DNA from: Methanotrichaceae archaeon
GTDB taxonomy: Archaea > Halobacteriota > Methanosarcinia > Methanotrichales > Methanotrichaceae
NCBI GenBank assembly: GCA_963803145.1
Contig: CAWDLW010000008.1
Coordinates: 384,001 to 448,000, forward strand
Reading direction: 5' to 3'
DNA: 64,000 bases
Positions within the stretch are counted from its first letter, which is position 1, and each line of letters starts with the position of its first letter. The translations under genes and the position numbers were made by a program. This document shows positions 41,418 to 52,123 of this stretch, one piece after another. The notes below the pieces were generated by a model. The model worked only from the letters and a program-made list of their open reading frames with translations. It did not search any database and was not told the DNA's origin.

Positions 41418-43948
41418 GGTCTGTATTTTTCCAGCATCTTCGACAGATCGTTGATCTGCACAGGCTTGGAGATGTAATCGTCCATGCCTGCATCGATACA
41501 TTTCTCCCTATCGCCCGCCATGGCATAAGCCGTGATTGCAATTATCTTCGGCTGATCCTCGACGGGAACCTTCTCTCGGATGATTCTCGTCGCCTCAAAG
41601 CCATCCATTTCAGGCATACGAACATCCATCAAGATGATATCGTACCTCTGGCGTTCCAGCGACTGCAGGACCTCTATGCCGTTGGCAGCGCAGTCCGCAC
41701 GGTAGCCGAGCCGGACAAGCATCTGCAGTGTGACCTTCTGGCTTGATGAGTTATCCTCGGCAAGGAGAATGCGCAGGGGACTTTGCAGTACCACTAAAGG
41801 CTCAACCAGCTCTGCAGGAGGCAATGTCTGCTTCGCCAGGATGTTTATCAGCATATTATAGAGCGGAAGTGGGCTGATGGGCTTTGCGAGGTTGGATGTA
41901 AACAGACCAGAGGTATCTTCTCCCTTATATCCCTTATATGCAAGATGAATTATCGGCAGAAATCTGCAGTATTTCCTGATACCTTCTGCCAGGTCTAAAC
42001 TATCCTTTCCGCCCAGAATCACAACATTAAACAGCTCGCCTCTGCTTATCCAGTTCAGCGCATCTTGCCTGGAGGCTGTGACAAAGGGAATCATTCCCCA
42101 GGAGTGGGCCTGATGGCCAAGGATGCGCCGGTTGGTCTTGCTATCATCTATGATGAGTATGCGTTTACCCTGAAGCTGAGGCTGAATGCCTGCTGGAAGC
42201 AGCGATTTGCTAGGGGCAGCCTCGGCCTTTATCGTGAAATGGAACGTCGAACCGGTGCCAGGGCAGCTCTCAACCCAGATCCGGCCGCCCATCGCCTCGA
42301 CGAGGCGTTTGCTTATCGCAAGTCCAAGCCCCGTTCCACCATAGTTGCGCGTGATCGATGTATCCACCTGGCTGAATGATTTGAAGAGGCGGTTCATCTT
42401 GCCTGAAGGTATGCCAACACCAGTGTCCTGAACAGTGAAATGGAGCATGCCCTCTTCGCTGCCAGCTGTGACAAGAACCTCTCCCTCTTCAGTGAATTTG
42501 ACAGCGTTCCCGAGAAGATTGACTAGAACCTGGCGGAGCCTTCCTGGGTCGCCGACAATCATATCGGGCGTATTTTTATCCATGATATAGGCCAGATTCA
42601 GATCCTTCAGGGCAGCATTTGAGGCTACCAAGCTGAGCGTTTCCTCGATACAAGCTCGCAGATCGAATGGCTGAAGCTCGAGCTCTATCTTTCTGCTCTC
42701 TATCTTCGAGAAGTCGAGAATATCATTGATTATTGCCAGAAGCGCATCCCCATTGCTGCGAATGGTTTCCAAAGAGTCCCTCTGCTCAGGCGTCATGGGA
42801 TCGTCCAGAAGAAGGCTTGTCATGCCGATGATTGCATTCATGGGCGTTCTTATCTCGTGGCTCATATTTGCGAGGAACTCAGACTTGGCAATAGATGCCT
42901 CCTCGGCCTTCTCCTTGGCCATGAGAAGCTCCTTCTCTGTCATCTCGTGCTCTGCAATCTCAGCTTGAAGCTCCTCGTTCATGGCTTCAAGCTCCTCTTT
43001 TGCCTCAGACAGCTTTGCCGTCCTCTCTTGCACCCTCAGCTCAAGCTCATCCCTTGCAAGCCTAAGGTTGGCCTCAACACGCTTGCATTCGCTTATATCC
43101 GATAGGGTGATTACACAGCCGATGATCTGATCTCCGGCGTTCTTCAAAGGACCTGCATTGAGGAGAAGATAGAAGAACCTTCCATCACTTCGTTCGAAGA
43201 TCGTTTCTTGCCTCAACAGAGTATTGCCCTGAAGGGAAGCGCTGACTGGCAGTATCCTTTCACCCGCAGCTCCATCCTTGGAAAGCCTGAGATCGAAGAT
43301 CTCGTCGAAATTCTTGAACAATAGATCTTGGCCACAGATACTTGCCGCAGTGTTGCTGAACCGAATAACTTTGCCATAGGAGTCACAGACCACAATGCCT
43401 TCGGCCGCCTGCTCGATGATGGAGCGAGCAAGCCTCTCTGCGGCCACCATCTCCTCGCTGTGCTTTTGGTCTGTAAGATCCATTACGACAACGGCGCGGC
43501 CCTCATCCAACTCAGAGATATTTAGGGCGCTTGCAGAAAGGTAAACCGGTAGTATTCCATCTCCCGCCAGTAGGGATATCTCTCCCTTATCCGCGTTATG
43601 CAGAAGTGTCCTTAAGGCTGCTCGGCATTCAGCCGGAACAAAATCGTAGATCGAAGCACCAATCACCCTTTCCAGTGGAGTGCTGACCATATCTGCGAAG
43701 CGGCGGTTACAGTAAATGATGACTCCATCGGAAGTAAGTGTGATTGCGCCCTCATTCATGGTCTCGACGGCGATACGATAGGCGTAATCTGCCCCCTCGA
43801 TGGTGTAAACCTGATCGCCATTTGGCCCCGATATCACGAGGGCATCCACATCTCCTGAGTGAATGGCACTAAGAAGCTCTTCGGACTCCTTGAGGCGCTC
43901 GGAAAGGTTATCGATCTTTGCCTGAATCTCCGCCTGCGGTTCGGCCAT
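41414..43948 (-). CDS. PAS-PAS hybrid histidine kinase / response regulator
   Basis: [16 protein letters not shown]-box, [25 protein letters not shown], terminal receiver [12 protein letters not shown]. Confidence 0.93.
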   Translation of the reverse strand: MAEPQAEIQAKIDNLSERLKESEELLSAIHSGDVDALVISGPNGDQVYTIEGADYAYRIAVETMNEGAITLTSDGVIIYCNRRFADMVSTPLERVIGASIYDFVPAECRAALRTLLHNADKGEISLLAGDGILPVYLSASALNISELDEGRAVVVMDLTDQKHSEEMVAAERLARSIIEQAAEGIVVCDSYGKVIRFSNTAASICGQDLLFKNFDEIFDLRLSKDGAAGERILPVSASLQGNTLLRQETIFERSDGRFFYLLLNAGPLKNAGDQIIGCVITLSDISECKRVEANLRLARDELELRVQERTAKLSEAKEELEAMNEELQAEIAEHEMTEKELLMAKEKAEEASIAKSEFLANMSHEIRTPMNAIIGMTSLLLDDPMTPEQRDSLETIRSNGDALLAIINDILDFSKIESRKIELELQPFDLRACIEETLSLVASNAALKDLNLAYIMDKNTPDMIVGDPGRLRQVLVNLLGNAVKFTEEGEVLVTAGSEEGMLHFTVQDTGVGIPSGKMNRLFKSFSQVDTSITRNYGGTGLGLAISKRLVEAMGGRIWVESCPGTGSTFHFTIKAEAAPSKSLLPAGIQPQLQGKRILIIDDSKTNRRILGHQAHSWGMIPFVTASRQDALNWISRGELFNVVILGGKDSLDLAEGIRKYCRFLPIIHLAYKGYKGEDTSGLFTSNLAKPISPLPLYNMLINILAKQTLPPAELVEPLVVLQSPLRILLAEDNSSSQKVTLQMLVRLGYRADCAANGIEVLQSLERQRYDIILMDVRMPEMDGFEATRIIREKVPVEDQPKIIAITAYAMAGDREKCIDAGMDDYISKPVQINDLSKMLEKYRP

Positions 43949-43963
43949 TACTTACTCCTTTAA

Positions 43964-44386
43964 TTAGACCCCATCAGGTTTCTTCTTCGACCCATTCCCC
44001 GTGCCCATCAACCTCAGATCCAAGCCTACGAGGACACGATCTTTGTCGGACATGCTCCCAACCAGCTTTCTGAGAGGCGGTGGAAGCTCCTTGATGAGGG
44101 TTGGTGCTGCTACAATCTGGCCTTCCCTGGCGAAGATAGGCTGCTGATAAATATCGATTATATCGAGCTGGTAGCGTCCAGGCATATTCTCCTCGCAGAT
44201 CTTTTTGATGTTCTCAATTGCCTGGATGGATCTTGGGCTCATGCCGGCAACGTAGAGACGCAGAACGTACTTCTCAGTGCCCATTCTCTTCAGAGCTTTC
44301 TCGAACCTAACAGTTGCATCAGTTTCTATCGAGTCACCGTTCTCTATTCTTTCGCCATTCTCCATTGGATCACCAATTCGTATCAC
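43964..44386 (-). CDS. kaiB: KaiB-family protein (third copy)
   Basis: YVLRLYVAG, IDIYQQP, IVAAPTLIK.LPPPLR.LVG.MS. Confidence 0.9.
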   Translation of the reverse strand: MIRIGDPMENGERIENGDSIETDATVRFEKALKRMGTEKYVLRLYVAGMSPRSIQAIENIKKICEENMPGRYQLDIIDIYQQPIFAREGQIVAAPTLIKELPPPLRKLVGSMSDKDRVLVGLDLRLMGTGNGSKKKPDGV

Positions 44387-44391
44387 GGCAC

Positions 44392-44739
44392 TCAGTTTGT
44401 TTTGGAGCAGAGACCCAGGCCAGTCAGCACACGCTCTATATCGGACATATTTCCTACAAGCCTTCTTAGAGGCAGAGGGGTCTCTTTGATGAGGGTTGGT
44501 GCTGCTATGATCTGGTTTTCTCTGGCAAGTTCTGGACTCTTGCAGATATCGATTATATCAAGCTGGTAGTGCCCAGGGATGTTCTCCTCGCATATATCCT
44601 CGATGTTCTTGATGGCCTGAACCGACTTAAAATCCCTATTCGCAACATAGAGATGCAGAACAAATTCATCATTGCTTCTACCCTTTTGAACTTTTTCGGA
44701 CTTATTTTTATCAAGCCTGTCTACGTTTAATTCAACCAT
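44392..44739 (-). CDS. kaiB: KaiB-family protein (second copy)
   Basis: FVLHLYVA, PELARENQIIAAPTLIK..PLPLRRLVGNMS. Confidence 0.88.
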   Translation of the reverse strand: MVELNVDRLDKNKSEKVQKGRSNDEFVLHLYVANRDFKSVQAIKNIEDICEENIPGHYQLDIIDICKSPELARENQIIAAPTLIKETPLPLRRLVGNMSDIERVLTGLGLCSKTN

Positions 44740-44761
44740 CGCATACCATCTTGAACCACCC

Positions 44762-45112
44762 TTATTCCGCAGGACGCAAGTCGAGACCTATCAGCACTCT
44801 CTCTGTATTCGAGAGATCACCTATTATCTTTTTGACTGGTGGAGGAAGCCTCCGCACAAGCGTCGGAATTGCGAGGATCTGGTCGCCCTTCGCGAGCTGA
44901 GGATGCTCCAGAAGATCGACGACCTCGATTCTGTACTTGCCCTTCAGATGCTCCTCACAGATCCTTCGGAGGTTCGCAAAGGCTGCCAGGCTCTTCTTGG
45001 TCTGGCCGGCCACATAGAGCCGCAAGATGTAGACCTGATCATCCTTCAAATATTCTGAAGTTTCCTTATCTACTTCAGTGCTTTCGTCAGTTTCGTCCAT
45101 CTCATCCACCAT
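44762..45112 (-). CDS. kaiB: KaiB-family protein (first copy)
   Basis: [15 protein letters not shown]...[21 protein letters not shown]. Confidence 0.93.
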   Translation of the reverse strand: MVDEMDETDESTEVDKETSEYLKDDQVYILRLYVAGQTKKSLAAFANLRRICEEHLKGKYRIEVVDLLEHPQLAKGDQILAIPTLVRRLPPPVKKIIGDLSNTERVLIGLDLRPAE

Positions 45113-45116
45113 AATT

Positions 45117-46829
45117 TTAAGATGAATCGGCCCCTCTGAGCCTGGCGATCTCTCTTCTGCCGTTCGACATGGCCTTGCTCCGTTGATCGTCCTCCGATAG
45201 GAGCTTATTCAGCTCATCCTCATTAGTTTCGCATTCCAGGTGAAGCATATTCATCTGGGCATTTAGAGACTCGATCTTGTTCTCAAGCGTTCTTCTTCTT
45301 CTCAGGGTCTCCTGATCATTCGTAACAGCATCTGCCTTTTCCTTCGCCTCTTGAGCAATGCGTTCAGTACCCATAACCAGCCCGCCCATCGGCCCGAGGT
45401 AGACATCCATTATCTTCACGCCTTCATCTGTGATCTGGTACTCGCGCGTCTGGTTCGAATGCTCCATGCCTCGTGATTTAACTACAGTGATTCCGCGGTT
45501 GCGTTCATTTCCGTTATCAAACATGCGCAGCCACAGCCATGTATCCATCAAGGATGAGACGCTCTCGGATGTATGCCCTTTTGCCTCATCCTCTATCAGG
45601 CTGGTGCAAAAAGATGTTATGCCCATTATCTTGAGGTAATCTATTAGCCTTGTAAGCATGAACCTCACATCATTTGGGGTCCCTACACTAACAAGGTTCG
45701 ATGTTGGATCGATTATGACAACATTTGGCTGGATTTTATCGATCAGTCTGTGCATATCCAGCAGATGCATCTCAAGGCCGTGGGCCATCGGCCGTCCTGA
45801 GAAGATATGCAGTAGACCCGCATCCATCCACTTAGTAAGGTTGATGCCGATCGAGCTCATGTTGCGGCAGATCTGGCTTGGCGACTCCTCGAAGGCGAAG
45901 TAGATGCTGCGCTCGCCCCTCTTGCAAGCTGCATCGACGAAATGGGCTGCGAAGCTGGACTTGCCTGTGCCTGCCGTTCCAGTGAGAAGGATGCTGCTTC
46001 CGCGGAAGAATCCCCTGCCGCCGAGCATTGCATCAAGCCGCTCAATGCCTGATGAGATCCGCTCAGTGGTAGCGATATGTTCGAGGCCAATGGATGTTAT
46101 TGGCAGAACAGAGATGCCGTCATCTTCTATCAGGAAGGGATACTCATTCGTGCCATGTGAAGAGCCGCGATACTTGATTATGCGCATCCTTCTGGTGGCA
46201 ATCTGGTTGTCCATGCGGTTATCGAGGACTATAACACAGTCTGCGACATATTCCTCAAGGCCATACCTGGTTAAAGTTTTCTCGCCCTTTTCACCAGTAA
46301 CAATGGCTGTGACTCCCTTGCTCTTCAGCCAGCGGAATAACCTTTGAAGCTCTGAACGCAGAATAGAAGTGTTTTGGAATCCTGAAAAGAGGACCTCGAT
46401 TGTATCTAAGACTACGCGCTTTGCTCCGATAGAGTCGATGGCGCTCCCCAGGCGGATGAAGAGCCCTTCGAGGTCGTAATCGCCCGTCTCCTCGATCTCG
46501 CTCGGATCGATGTAAATATAATCGATGAGGATCTTGTTCGTCTCCTGTAGCCTCTTGAGGTCGAAGCCGAGTGAGCTGAAGTTCTTTGTAAGCTCATCAG
46601 GTGTCTCCTCAAAGGCCACGAAGACTCCAGGCTCGTCATACTGAACAGCACCTTGCGCAAGAAACTGCATTGAGAGTAATGTCTTTCCCGAGCCTGCACT
46701 CCCGCAAACAAGTGTTGGGCGGCCTTTGGGAAGCCCGCCATCTGTGATCTCATCAAGACCCTTTATGCCTGTGGGAGATTTCTCTAAAACTTCAGAATCG
46801 ATAATAGTAGTAGTATTAGCATCTGCCAT
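45117..46829 (-). CDS. kaiC: Double-domain KaiC ATPase/kinase
   Basis: Two Walker A motifs ([16 protein letters not shown]), FEE twice, [31 protein letters not shown]. Confidence 0.95.
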   Translation of the reverse strand: MADANTTTIIDSEVLEKSPTGIKGLDEITDGGLPKGRPTLVCGSAGSGKTLLSMQFLAQGAVQYDEPGVFVAFEETPDELTKNFSSLGFDLKRLQETNKILIDYIYIDPSEIEETGDYDLEGLFIRLGSAIDSIGAKRVVLDTIEVLFSGFQNTSILRSELQRLFRWLKSKGVTAIVTGEKGEKTLTRYGLEEYVADCVIVLDNRMDNQIATRRMRIIKYRGSSHGTNEYPFLIEDDGISVLPITSIGLEHIATTERISSGIERLDAMLGGRGFFRGSSILLTGTAGTGKSSFAAHFVDAACKRGERSIYFAFEESPSQICRNMSSIGINLTKWMDAGLLHIFSGRPMAHGLEMHLLDMHRLIDKIQPNVVIIDPTSNLVSVGTPNDVRFMLTRLIDYLKIMGITSFCTSLIEDEAKGHTSESVSSLMDTWLWLRMFDNGNERNRGITVVKSRGMEHSNQTREYQITDEGVKIMDVYLGPMGGLVMGTERIAQEAKEKADAVTNDQETLRRRRTLENKIESLNAQMNMLHLECETNEDELNKLLSEDDQRSKAMSNGRREIARLRGADSS

Positions 46830-47007
46830 GCACTTGCTTCACTTCCATACCTTTTTCTTTTGGCCCACCCAGCCGAGCGACTAAGCTCACGGGGCATGCA
46901 GGGCATTCAACGACTTCTTTGCTTATGGAGAGCTAAACGTATATCTGACTAATAAAACTGATCCTTCCAGGAGCCTATCGCACACTGCTCTGCCTGAATT
47001 AAGCGGA

Positions 47008-47295
47008 TTACTCCAACACAACCTTGAAGTAGCTTCCCATGACGCAGAGACTCTCTTCTGGGCCGAACTGCTCGAAAAGGTCGCAGGGAGTACCGCGATA
47101 GCACGGCAGGTGATGTATACTGCAAACTGCCATCTCACCCTGATAGTCAAGGTGAGGACACCTTGTGCCTCTGGGCTTTAGAATCATTGACTGCGGAGCG
47201 GCAATATCCACAGTTCCATCAGATCTGATCGATTTAGGGTTTATGATTGTGACATCCAGGTAAGTGCAGCAGCAGCCGCATCTAGTGCATTTCAT
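47008..47295 (-). CDS. YkgJ-like cysteine-cluster protein
   Basis: CTRCGCCC...CPHL.....CSIH. Confidence 0.75.
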   Translation of the reverse strand: MKCTRCGCCCTYLDVTIINPKSIRSDGTVDIAAPQSMILKPRGTRCPHLDYQGEMAVCSIHHLPCYRGTPCDLFEQFGPEESLCVMGSYFKVVLE

Positions 47296-48069
47296 TTTTC
47301 ATCTCGCTTTATGGGGCAATGATGATAATGGTGATTAACATCATCTAGGTTTCGATAGCCTCGAAACAGCAGAGCTTCATTTTATGCCAGCCTTCGCATA
47401 TGGCCATAGATGTCTCAGCTTGCTGCCGGATCCCTGCTGAAAGATAGGCTAATATTATTATCACTACAGATTTTTATATCATCTGTTATGCTGCTTGTAT
47501 TTAGACAATCTCCATAATCTGCAACGACTCAATCCAAGCACCCAATTCAAGATTGCCTATAAGTATGCCAAAGGCCGGCCGGACGAATATAAATGCCAGA
47601 TCGTAACCTATTCTAGAGAAATAATATCTCCCAAAGATCTTAGTATAATTTTCGTTAAGTTGCTCTATTACTTACGACTAGTCCGAATTTGACCTTCTTT
47701 AAACTTTTAATAGGCATTTGAATTTTCAATGGTGGGGAATCGCCAGGAGACCAGGACATATTAGAAGCATCGATGGACCTGGGGCTCAGGGGCTGATATC
47801 GAAGCTTGCCGCTGAATTGAGAAGGTGATAAGAGGCGCGAGCCCGAATAGCGAATGCCCTAGACATCTATTGGGCAGCTTATCTGAAACAGTGTTTATTT
47901 ATTTTGGAAGTTTCAAATACAAAGAACGTTAGATGCATAAGGTTCTTTCCAAATACACATTTGGGGCCAAAGTATCTTACGGTTGCCTATAAAGAACTGT
48001 CTTCATTTGGCGAACTCACAGACTTGATTTTTATCAATAGTATCCTTCCCAAGGATGACAATTAGAGCC

Positions 48070-48170
48070 TACACTTCCTTCTGGGGCTAAAACTAACGGT
48101 TTACTAGCGTCCTCAATCGCCGGATGGGCTACCCCTAACCCCTCTTCGGGGGAAGGCTCTGGATACGAAT
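48070..48170 (+). repeat. Cassette-boundary repeat R1
   Basis: TACACTTCCTTCTGGGGCTAAAACTA.CGGTTTACTAGCGTCCTCAATCGCCGGA.GGGCTACCCCTAACCCCTCTTCGGGGGAAGGCTCTGGA. Confidence 0.95.
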
Positions 48171-48312
48171 GACTATAAGGTAGATGGGGACAGGATTAAC
48201 GGTTCCATTTGTGTGATAAAACATTGTTAGCTCAGTCATCAAACATAAAAATGATTCAAACGACATCGGATAAGTTAAGTTATAAAGACTTCATCGGAAT
48301 GGCTCCACTAAA

Positions 48313-48418
48313 ATGTCCAAGAAGCTCGCAATCACCGGCGGCGCAGGATTCATAGGCTCAAACCTCGCCGAAGCACTCGCCAAAGAAAATGAGGTCATAG
48401 TAATCGATGACCTCTCTT
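48313..48418 (+). pseudogene. 5' fragment (~35 codons) of NAD-dependent epimerase
   Basis: MSKKLAITGGAGFIGSNLAEALA..NEVIVIDDLS matches the start of 50323-51252, then similarity ends. Confidence 0.85.
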
Positions 48419-48490
48419 TGATCGGGAAAATAGTCTCAAATACTAAGATGCTCAAACATTTGTATCATACAACCAAATGCCCGGAGCGGT

Positions 48491-48745
48491 TTGAAATTGG
48501 CTGAATATCTCATTTCACTAAAAATAGAAAAACTGGAAGAAGGCGCATATCTGGCTACTAGCGATACACTCCAGGGACTGGTGGCTCAAGGACGAACCAT
48601 AGCAGAGACTATGGAGATAGCGCAGGATGTAGCCAAGAAGCTCATCGAGTCGTATATAGAGCATGGAGATCCTCTGCCTGCTGAGATGGTGCCAGCAGCG
48701 AAGATTGTTAAAGACGTTAAGATACCTGTTGCTGTGACTGTATGA
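48491..48745 (+). CDS. hicB: HicB-like (UPF0150) antitoxin
   Basis: YLATS..LQGLVAQGRTIAET...A.D.A..LIE......GDPLP. Confidence 0.85.
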   Translation: MKLAEYLISLKIEKLEEGAYLATSDTLQGLVAQGRTIAETMEIAQDVAKKLIESYIEHGDPLPAEMVPAAKIVKDVKIPVAVTV

Positions 48746-48972
48746 CAAAGCTTCCTGCCGTGACTTCGAACGAGGTTATACTTGGGCTTAAAAAGGCAGG
48801 ATTTGTGTTCGACCGACAAGGGAAGGGCAGTCATGAGATCTGGTATAATCCGGTTACAAAAAGGAGAACGACTGTTCCAAATCATCCTGGCGTGGATATC
48901 CCAAAAGGAACATTAAGGGCGATACTGAAAGAGGCCGGACTCTCGGCGGAAGAGTTTCTGAAGCTAATTTGA
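48742..48972 (+). CDS. hicA: HicA-family toxin
   Basis: GF...RQGKGSHEIW...TTVPNH...I.KGTL..IL. Confidence 0.9.
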   Translation: MTKLPAVTSNEVILGLKKAGFVFDRQGKGSHEIWYNPVTKRRTTVPNHPGVDIPKGTLRAILKEAGLSAEEFLKLI

Positions 48973-49086
48973 GCAAAATCTTCTTTGTTTCTTTACCGCA
49001 TCCTTCTCAGAGATTACAGTTCAAGAGCGTACATTCCAGAATCGCTCTTACTTTTTCGTTTGTGCCTGCTGATATAATTCAAGGCC

Positions 49087-49185
49087 TACATCTCTTCTGG
49101 GGCTAAAACTAGCGGTTTACTAGCGTCCTCAATCGCCGGACGGGCTACCCCTAACCCCTCTTCGGGGGAAGGCTCTGGATACGAA
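49087..49185 (+). repeat. Cassette-boundary repeat R2 (within a ~350-bp near-duplicate of 48066-48415)
   Basis: Near identical to R1; identity continues through the leader into the epimerase start. Confidence 0.95.
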
Positions 49186-49327
49186 TGACTATAAGGTCGA
49201 TGGGGACAGGATTAACGGTTCCATTTGTGTGATAAAACATTGTTAGCTCAGTCATCAAACATAAAAATGATTCAAACGACATCGGATAAGTTAAGTTATA
49301 AAGACTTCATCGGAAAGTCCAACTAAA

Positions 49328-49597
49328 ATGTCCAAGAAGCTCGCAATCACCGGCGACGCAGGATTCATAGGCTCGAACCTTGCCGAAGCACTCGCTGCAG
49401 ATAATGAGGTCGTAGCAATCGATGATTTATCCTCCGGAAAGCTTCAGAACATGGATGGAATAGATGCCAAGATCATCCGGGGATGCGTCACCGACCTTTC
49501 GCTCCTTGAAAGAGCCTTCCAGGATGTGGACTGCATGTTCCACCTGGCCGCAATAGCATCTGTACAGCGAAGCGTCGAGGACCCTGTCAAGACCAAC
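49328..49597 (+). pseudogene. 5' fragment (~90 codons) of NAD-dependent epimerase
   Basis: Matches 50323-51252 up to ...SVEDPV.TN, then unrelated; glycine motif altered to TGDAG. Confidence 0.85.
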
Positions 49598-49665
49598 AAA
49601 GGCATAAAAGAACTTTTTAGGAGAAAGACTCTTAACATCCAAAACCCTACTTCTAATGGATTTGT

Positions 49666-49869
49666 ATGCGATTCAAAGTCATAATTAGCGAGGGAGAAGA
49701 TGGCTGGCTCGTTGTAGAATGCCCTTCTCTGCCAGGCTGCATCTCACAGGGAAGAACCGTTGAGGAGGCCCTGGAGAACATAAAAGATGCTATACAAGGG
49801 TGTCTGGACGTGCTCGGTGAACGAACCAGCGCCAAAGATAGCGAAAGGGTAGTTGAAGTCGAGGCTTGA
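49666..49869 (+). CDS. hicB: HicB-like (UPF0150) antitoxin
   Basis: EDGW.VVECPSLPGCISQGRT.EEAL.NIKDAI. Confidence 0.9.
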   Translation: MRFKVIISEGEDGWLVVECPSLPGCISQGRTVEEALENIKDAIQGCLDVLGERTSAKDSERVVEVEA

Positions 49870-50090
49870 TGGCAAGACTGCCCCTGATCTCCGGAGCAAA
49901 GGCAGTCAAAACATTCAGTAAAGCCGGCTGGATAACAGCCCGGCAGACAGGAAGTCACCTAATTATGATCAAGCAGGGCTCATCAATTACACTTTCGGTG
50001 CCCATGCATAGCGAAATCGACTGGGGAACGTTAAGAAAGCTTATCGGGCTTGCGGGACTCTCCGTAGAAGAGTTTCTTGATTTATTGTAG
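49866..50090 (+). CDS. hicA: HicA-family toxin
   Basis: RQTGSHLIM.K.....SVP.H.EI..GTL. Confidence 0.9.
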   Translation: MMARLPLISGAKAVKTFSKAGWITARQTGSHLIMIKQGSSITLSVPMHSEIDWGTLRKLIGLAGLSVEEFLDLL

Positions 50091-50171
50091 CGTATCCCAA
50101 ATAGCCATGAAATCATGTTCCCTCTGCGGTGAACGCTCCTAGGCTAATCGTATGCTTCTAATTCAAGAGAC

Positions 50172-50272
50172 TAAACTCATTTTAGGGCTAAAACTAATGG
50201 TTTTCCTAGCGCCCTCGATCCCCGTGCGGGCTGCCCCTAACCCCTCTTCGGGGGAAGGCTTTGGAAGACGAT
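50172..50272 (+). repeat. Cassette-boundary repeat R3 (diverged)
   Basis: GGGCTAAAACTAATGG...CCCCTAACCCCTCTTCGGGGGAAGGCTTTGGA. Confidence 0.9.
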
Positions 50273-50322
50273 AGAAAGTTGATGAGGACAAGATTGAACA
50301 ACAAATATTCTCGATCATCACA

Positions 50323-51252
50323 ATGTCCCAAAAATTCGCAATCACCGGCGGTGCAGGATTCATAGGCTCGAACCTTGCCGAAGCACTCGCCTCCGAGAAT
50401 GAGGTCATAGTAATCGACGATTTATCTTCCGGAAAGCTTCAGAACCTCGACGGAATAAATGCTCATTCCATTAAAGGAAGCGTCACCGACCTTTCGCTTT
50501 TGAGAAGCGCCTTCGAGGACGTAGATTGCGTATTCCATTTGGCTGCCATAGCATCTGTACAGAAAAGCGTCGAGGACCCGGTTCGGAGCAACGAAGTGAA
50601 TATCGGCGGCACGCTGAATGCACTTGTAGCCGCAAGAGATGCAGGCGTGAAGCGAGTCGTATTCGCATCATCGGCGGCGGTCTACGGCGACTCTCCGACG
50701 TTACCTAAGAAAGAGGATATGATGCCTGATCCGATGTCGCCCTATGCGGTCACCAAGCTCGCAGGCGAGCACTATTGCAGAGTGTTTCAAGAATTATATG
50801 GTATGGATACAGTGGCTCTGAGGTTCTTCAATGTCTTCGGGCCGAAGCAGGATCCGAGCTCCGAGTACTCGGGCGTGATATCCCGGTTTATTTCTGCTGT
50901 GCTGAAGGGCGAGCAGCCTGTTGTATATGGGGATGGGGAGCAGACGAGGGACTTCGTGTTTGTGAAGGATGTCGTTAGGGCTTGCGAAATTGCGGCTGCG
51001 GGTGAAGCTACGAGCGTGTATAACGTTGCTCGTGGAGAGAGCACCAGTTTGAATAAGCTGGTGAGGATCCTGGGGGAGATTACAGGCAAAGATGTTCAGG
51101 CTCGGTACGCTCCGGCAAGGGCTGGGGATATCAGGCACTCGCTGGCGGATGTTGAGAAGTTGGGATACAGGCCGGAGCATACAGTGGATGAGGGGCTGAA
51201 GGAGACGGTGGAGTGGTTTGCTGCAGTGTCTAAGCAGGTAAATGGAAATTAA
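50323..51252 (+). CDS. NAD-dependent epimerase/dehydratase (UDP-Glc/GlcNAc 4-epimerase-like)
   Basis: TGGAGFIGS, ASSAAVYG, PYAVTK, LRFFNVFGP.QDP.SEYSGVI, GDGEQTRDF. Confidence 0.93.
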   Translation: MSQKFAITGGAGFIGSNLAEALASENEVIVIDDLSSGKLQNLDGINAHSIKGSVTDLSLLRSAFEDVDCVFHLAAIASVQKSVEDPVRSNEVNIGGTLNALVAARDAGVKRVVFASSAAVYGDSPTLPKKEDMMPDPMSPYAVTKLAGEHYCRVFQELYGMDTVALRFFNVFGPKQDPSSEYSGVISRFISAVLKGEQPVVYGDGEQTRDFVFVKDVVRACEIAAAGEATSVYNVARGESTSLNKLVRILGEITGKDVQARYAPARAGDIRHSLADVEKLGYRPEHTVDEGLKETVEWFAAVSKQVNGN

Positions 51253-51280
51253 TAGTCGACATATCTGGATGGCATGAATC

Positions 51281-51469
51281 TTGAGCAAACATGAGATAGC
51301 TGTTGAGTTATACAAATCCGAGAAGATATCATTGAGTAGAGCGGCTGAGATCGCTGGTGTCTCTCTGGAGGAGTTCAAGGATCTTCTAGAGATTAAGGGG
51401 ATAAAAAGAGAGATTGCAGCCCCAACAGAAGATGAGATACAGCGTGGAGTTGACCTAATACTTGGATAA
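51281..51469 (+). CDS. UPF0175-family antitoxin
   Basis: LY....ISL.RAAEIAG.S..EF..LL..KGI. Confidence 0.8.
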   Translation: MSKHEIAVELYKSEKISLSRAAEIAGVSLEEFKDLLEIKGIKREIAAPTEDEIQRGVDLILG

Positions 51470-51908
51470 AGCTATCATCCTGGATGCTGATATAGCAAGC
51501 GCATTTGCCAAAATCGAATGCCTGGGCCTTTTCAAGCGGTATCTCTCTAAATTAGACTTTGGATTCAAGTTTCCACTAGATATATTCGGCAGCTTTGAAT
51601 TATTATACCCCTCAGACGTGGAAAGTGAGAGATACCAGGCTCTTATAACCAAGAACAGAAAATTGGGAAAAGGAGAGCTGGAGGCCATATGCATCTGCAA
51701 ATGCAGAGGATATGTATTCTCTTCTATGGACCAGGTAGCTCTGAAGTTTGCATACGATGAGGGTGTCAAGACCCTCCGGATTCATTCAATTCTACGCGGA
51801 CTGTGGAAGTCGGGCATGCAGTCTAAGAATGAAGTCCTCGATGTTATAAGAGCGCTCGAAGATAAAGACAAGACTCGTATCAGAAATGTTGATTCTATAT
51901 TTAAGTGA
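51462..51908 (+). CDS. PIN-domain (DUF3368-like) toxin
   Basis: ILDAD..S.F, LGKGE.EAI, SMD..A. Confidence 0.75.
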   Translation: MDKAIILDADIASAFAKIECLGLFKRYLSKLDFGFKFPLDIFGSFELLYPSDVESERYQALITKNRKLGKGELEAICICKCRGYVFSSMDQVALKFAYDEGVKTLRIHSILRGLWKSGMQSKNEVLDVIRALEDKDKTRIRNVDSIFK

Positions 51909-52022
51909 ATGATAATACCAGCATCAATGGCTTTAATTGATTCCTTCCCGTTCTTCAAGAGATTATAGTTCAAGAGCGTAATTCCGATTTACGCTCGGGC
52001 TGACTAATACAATTCCAAAAAC

Positions 52023-52123
52023 TACACTTCCTTCTGGGGCTAAAACTAGCGGTTTACTGGCGTCCTCAATTGCCGGACGGGCTACCCCTAACCCCTCTTC
52101 GGGGGATGGCTCTGGAAAACGAT
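52023..52123 (+). repeat. Cassette-boundary repeat R4
   Basis: Full core; flanks 51997-52200 resemble 54886-55102 around R7. Confidence 0.95.

Noticed and set aside
47300-48060. Possible RNA gene or CDS in the gap before the array
   Set aside because: No recognisable tRNA or ncRNA fold, and the 65-aa ORF has no supporting motif
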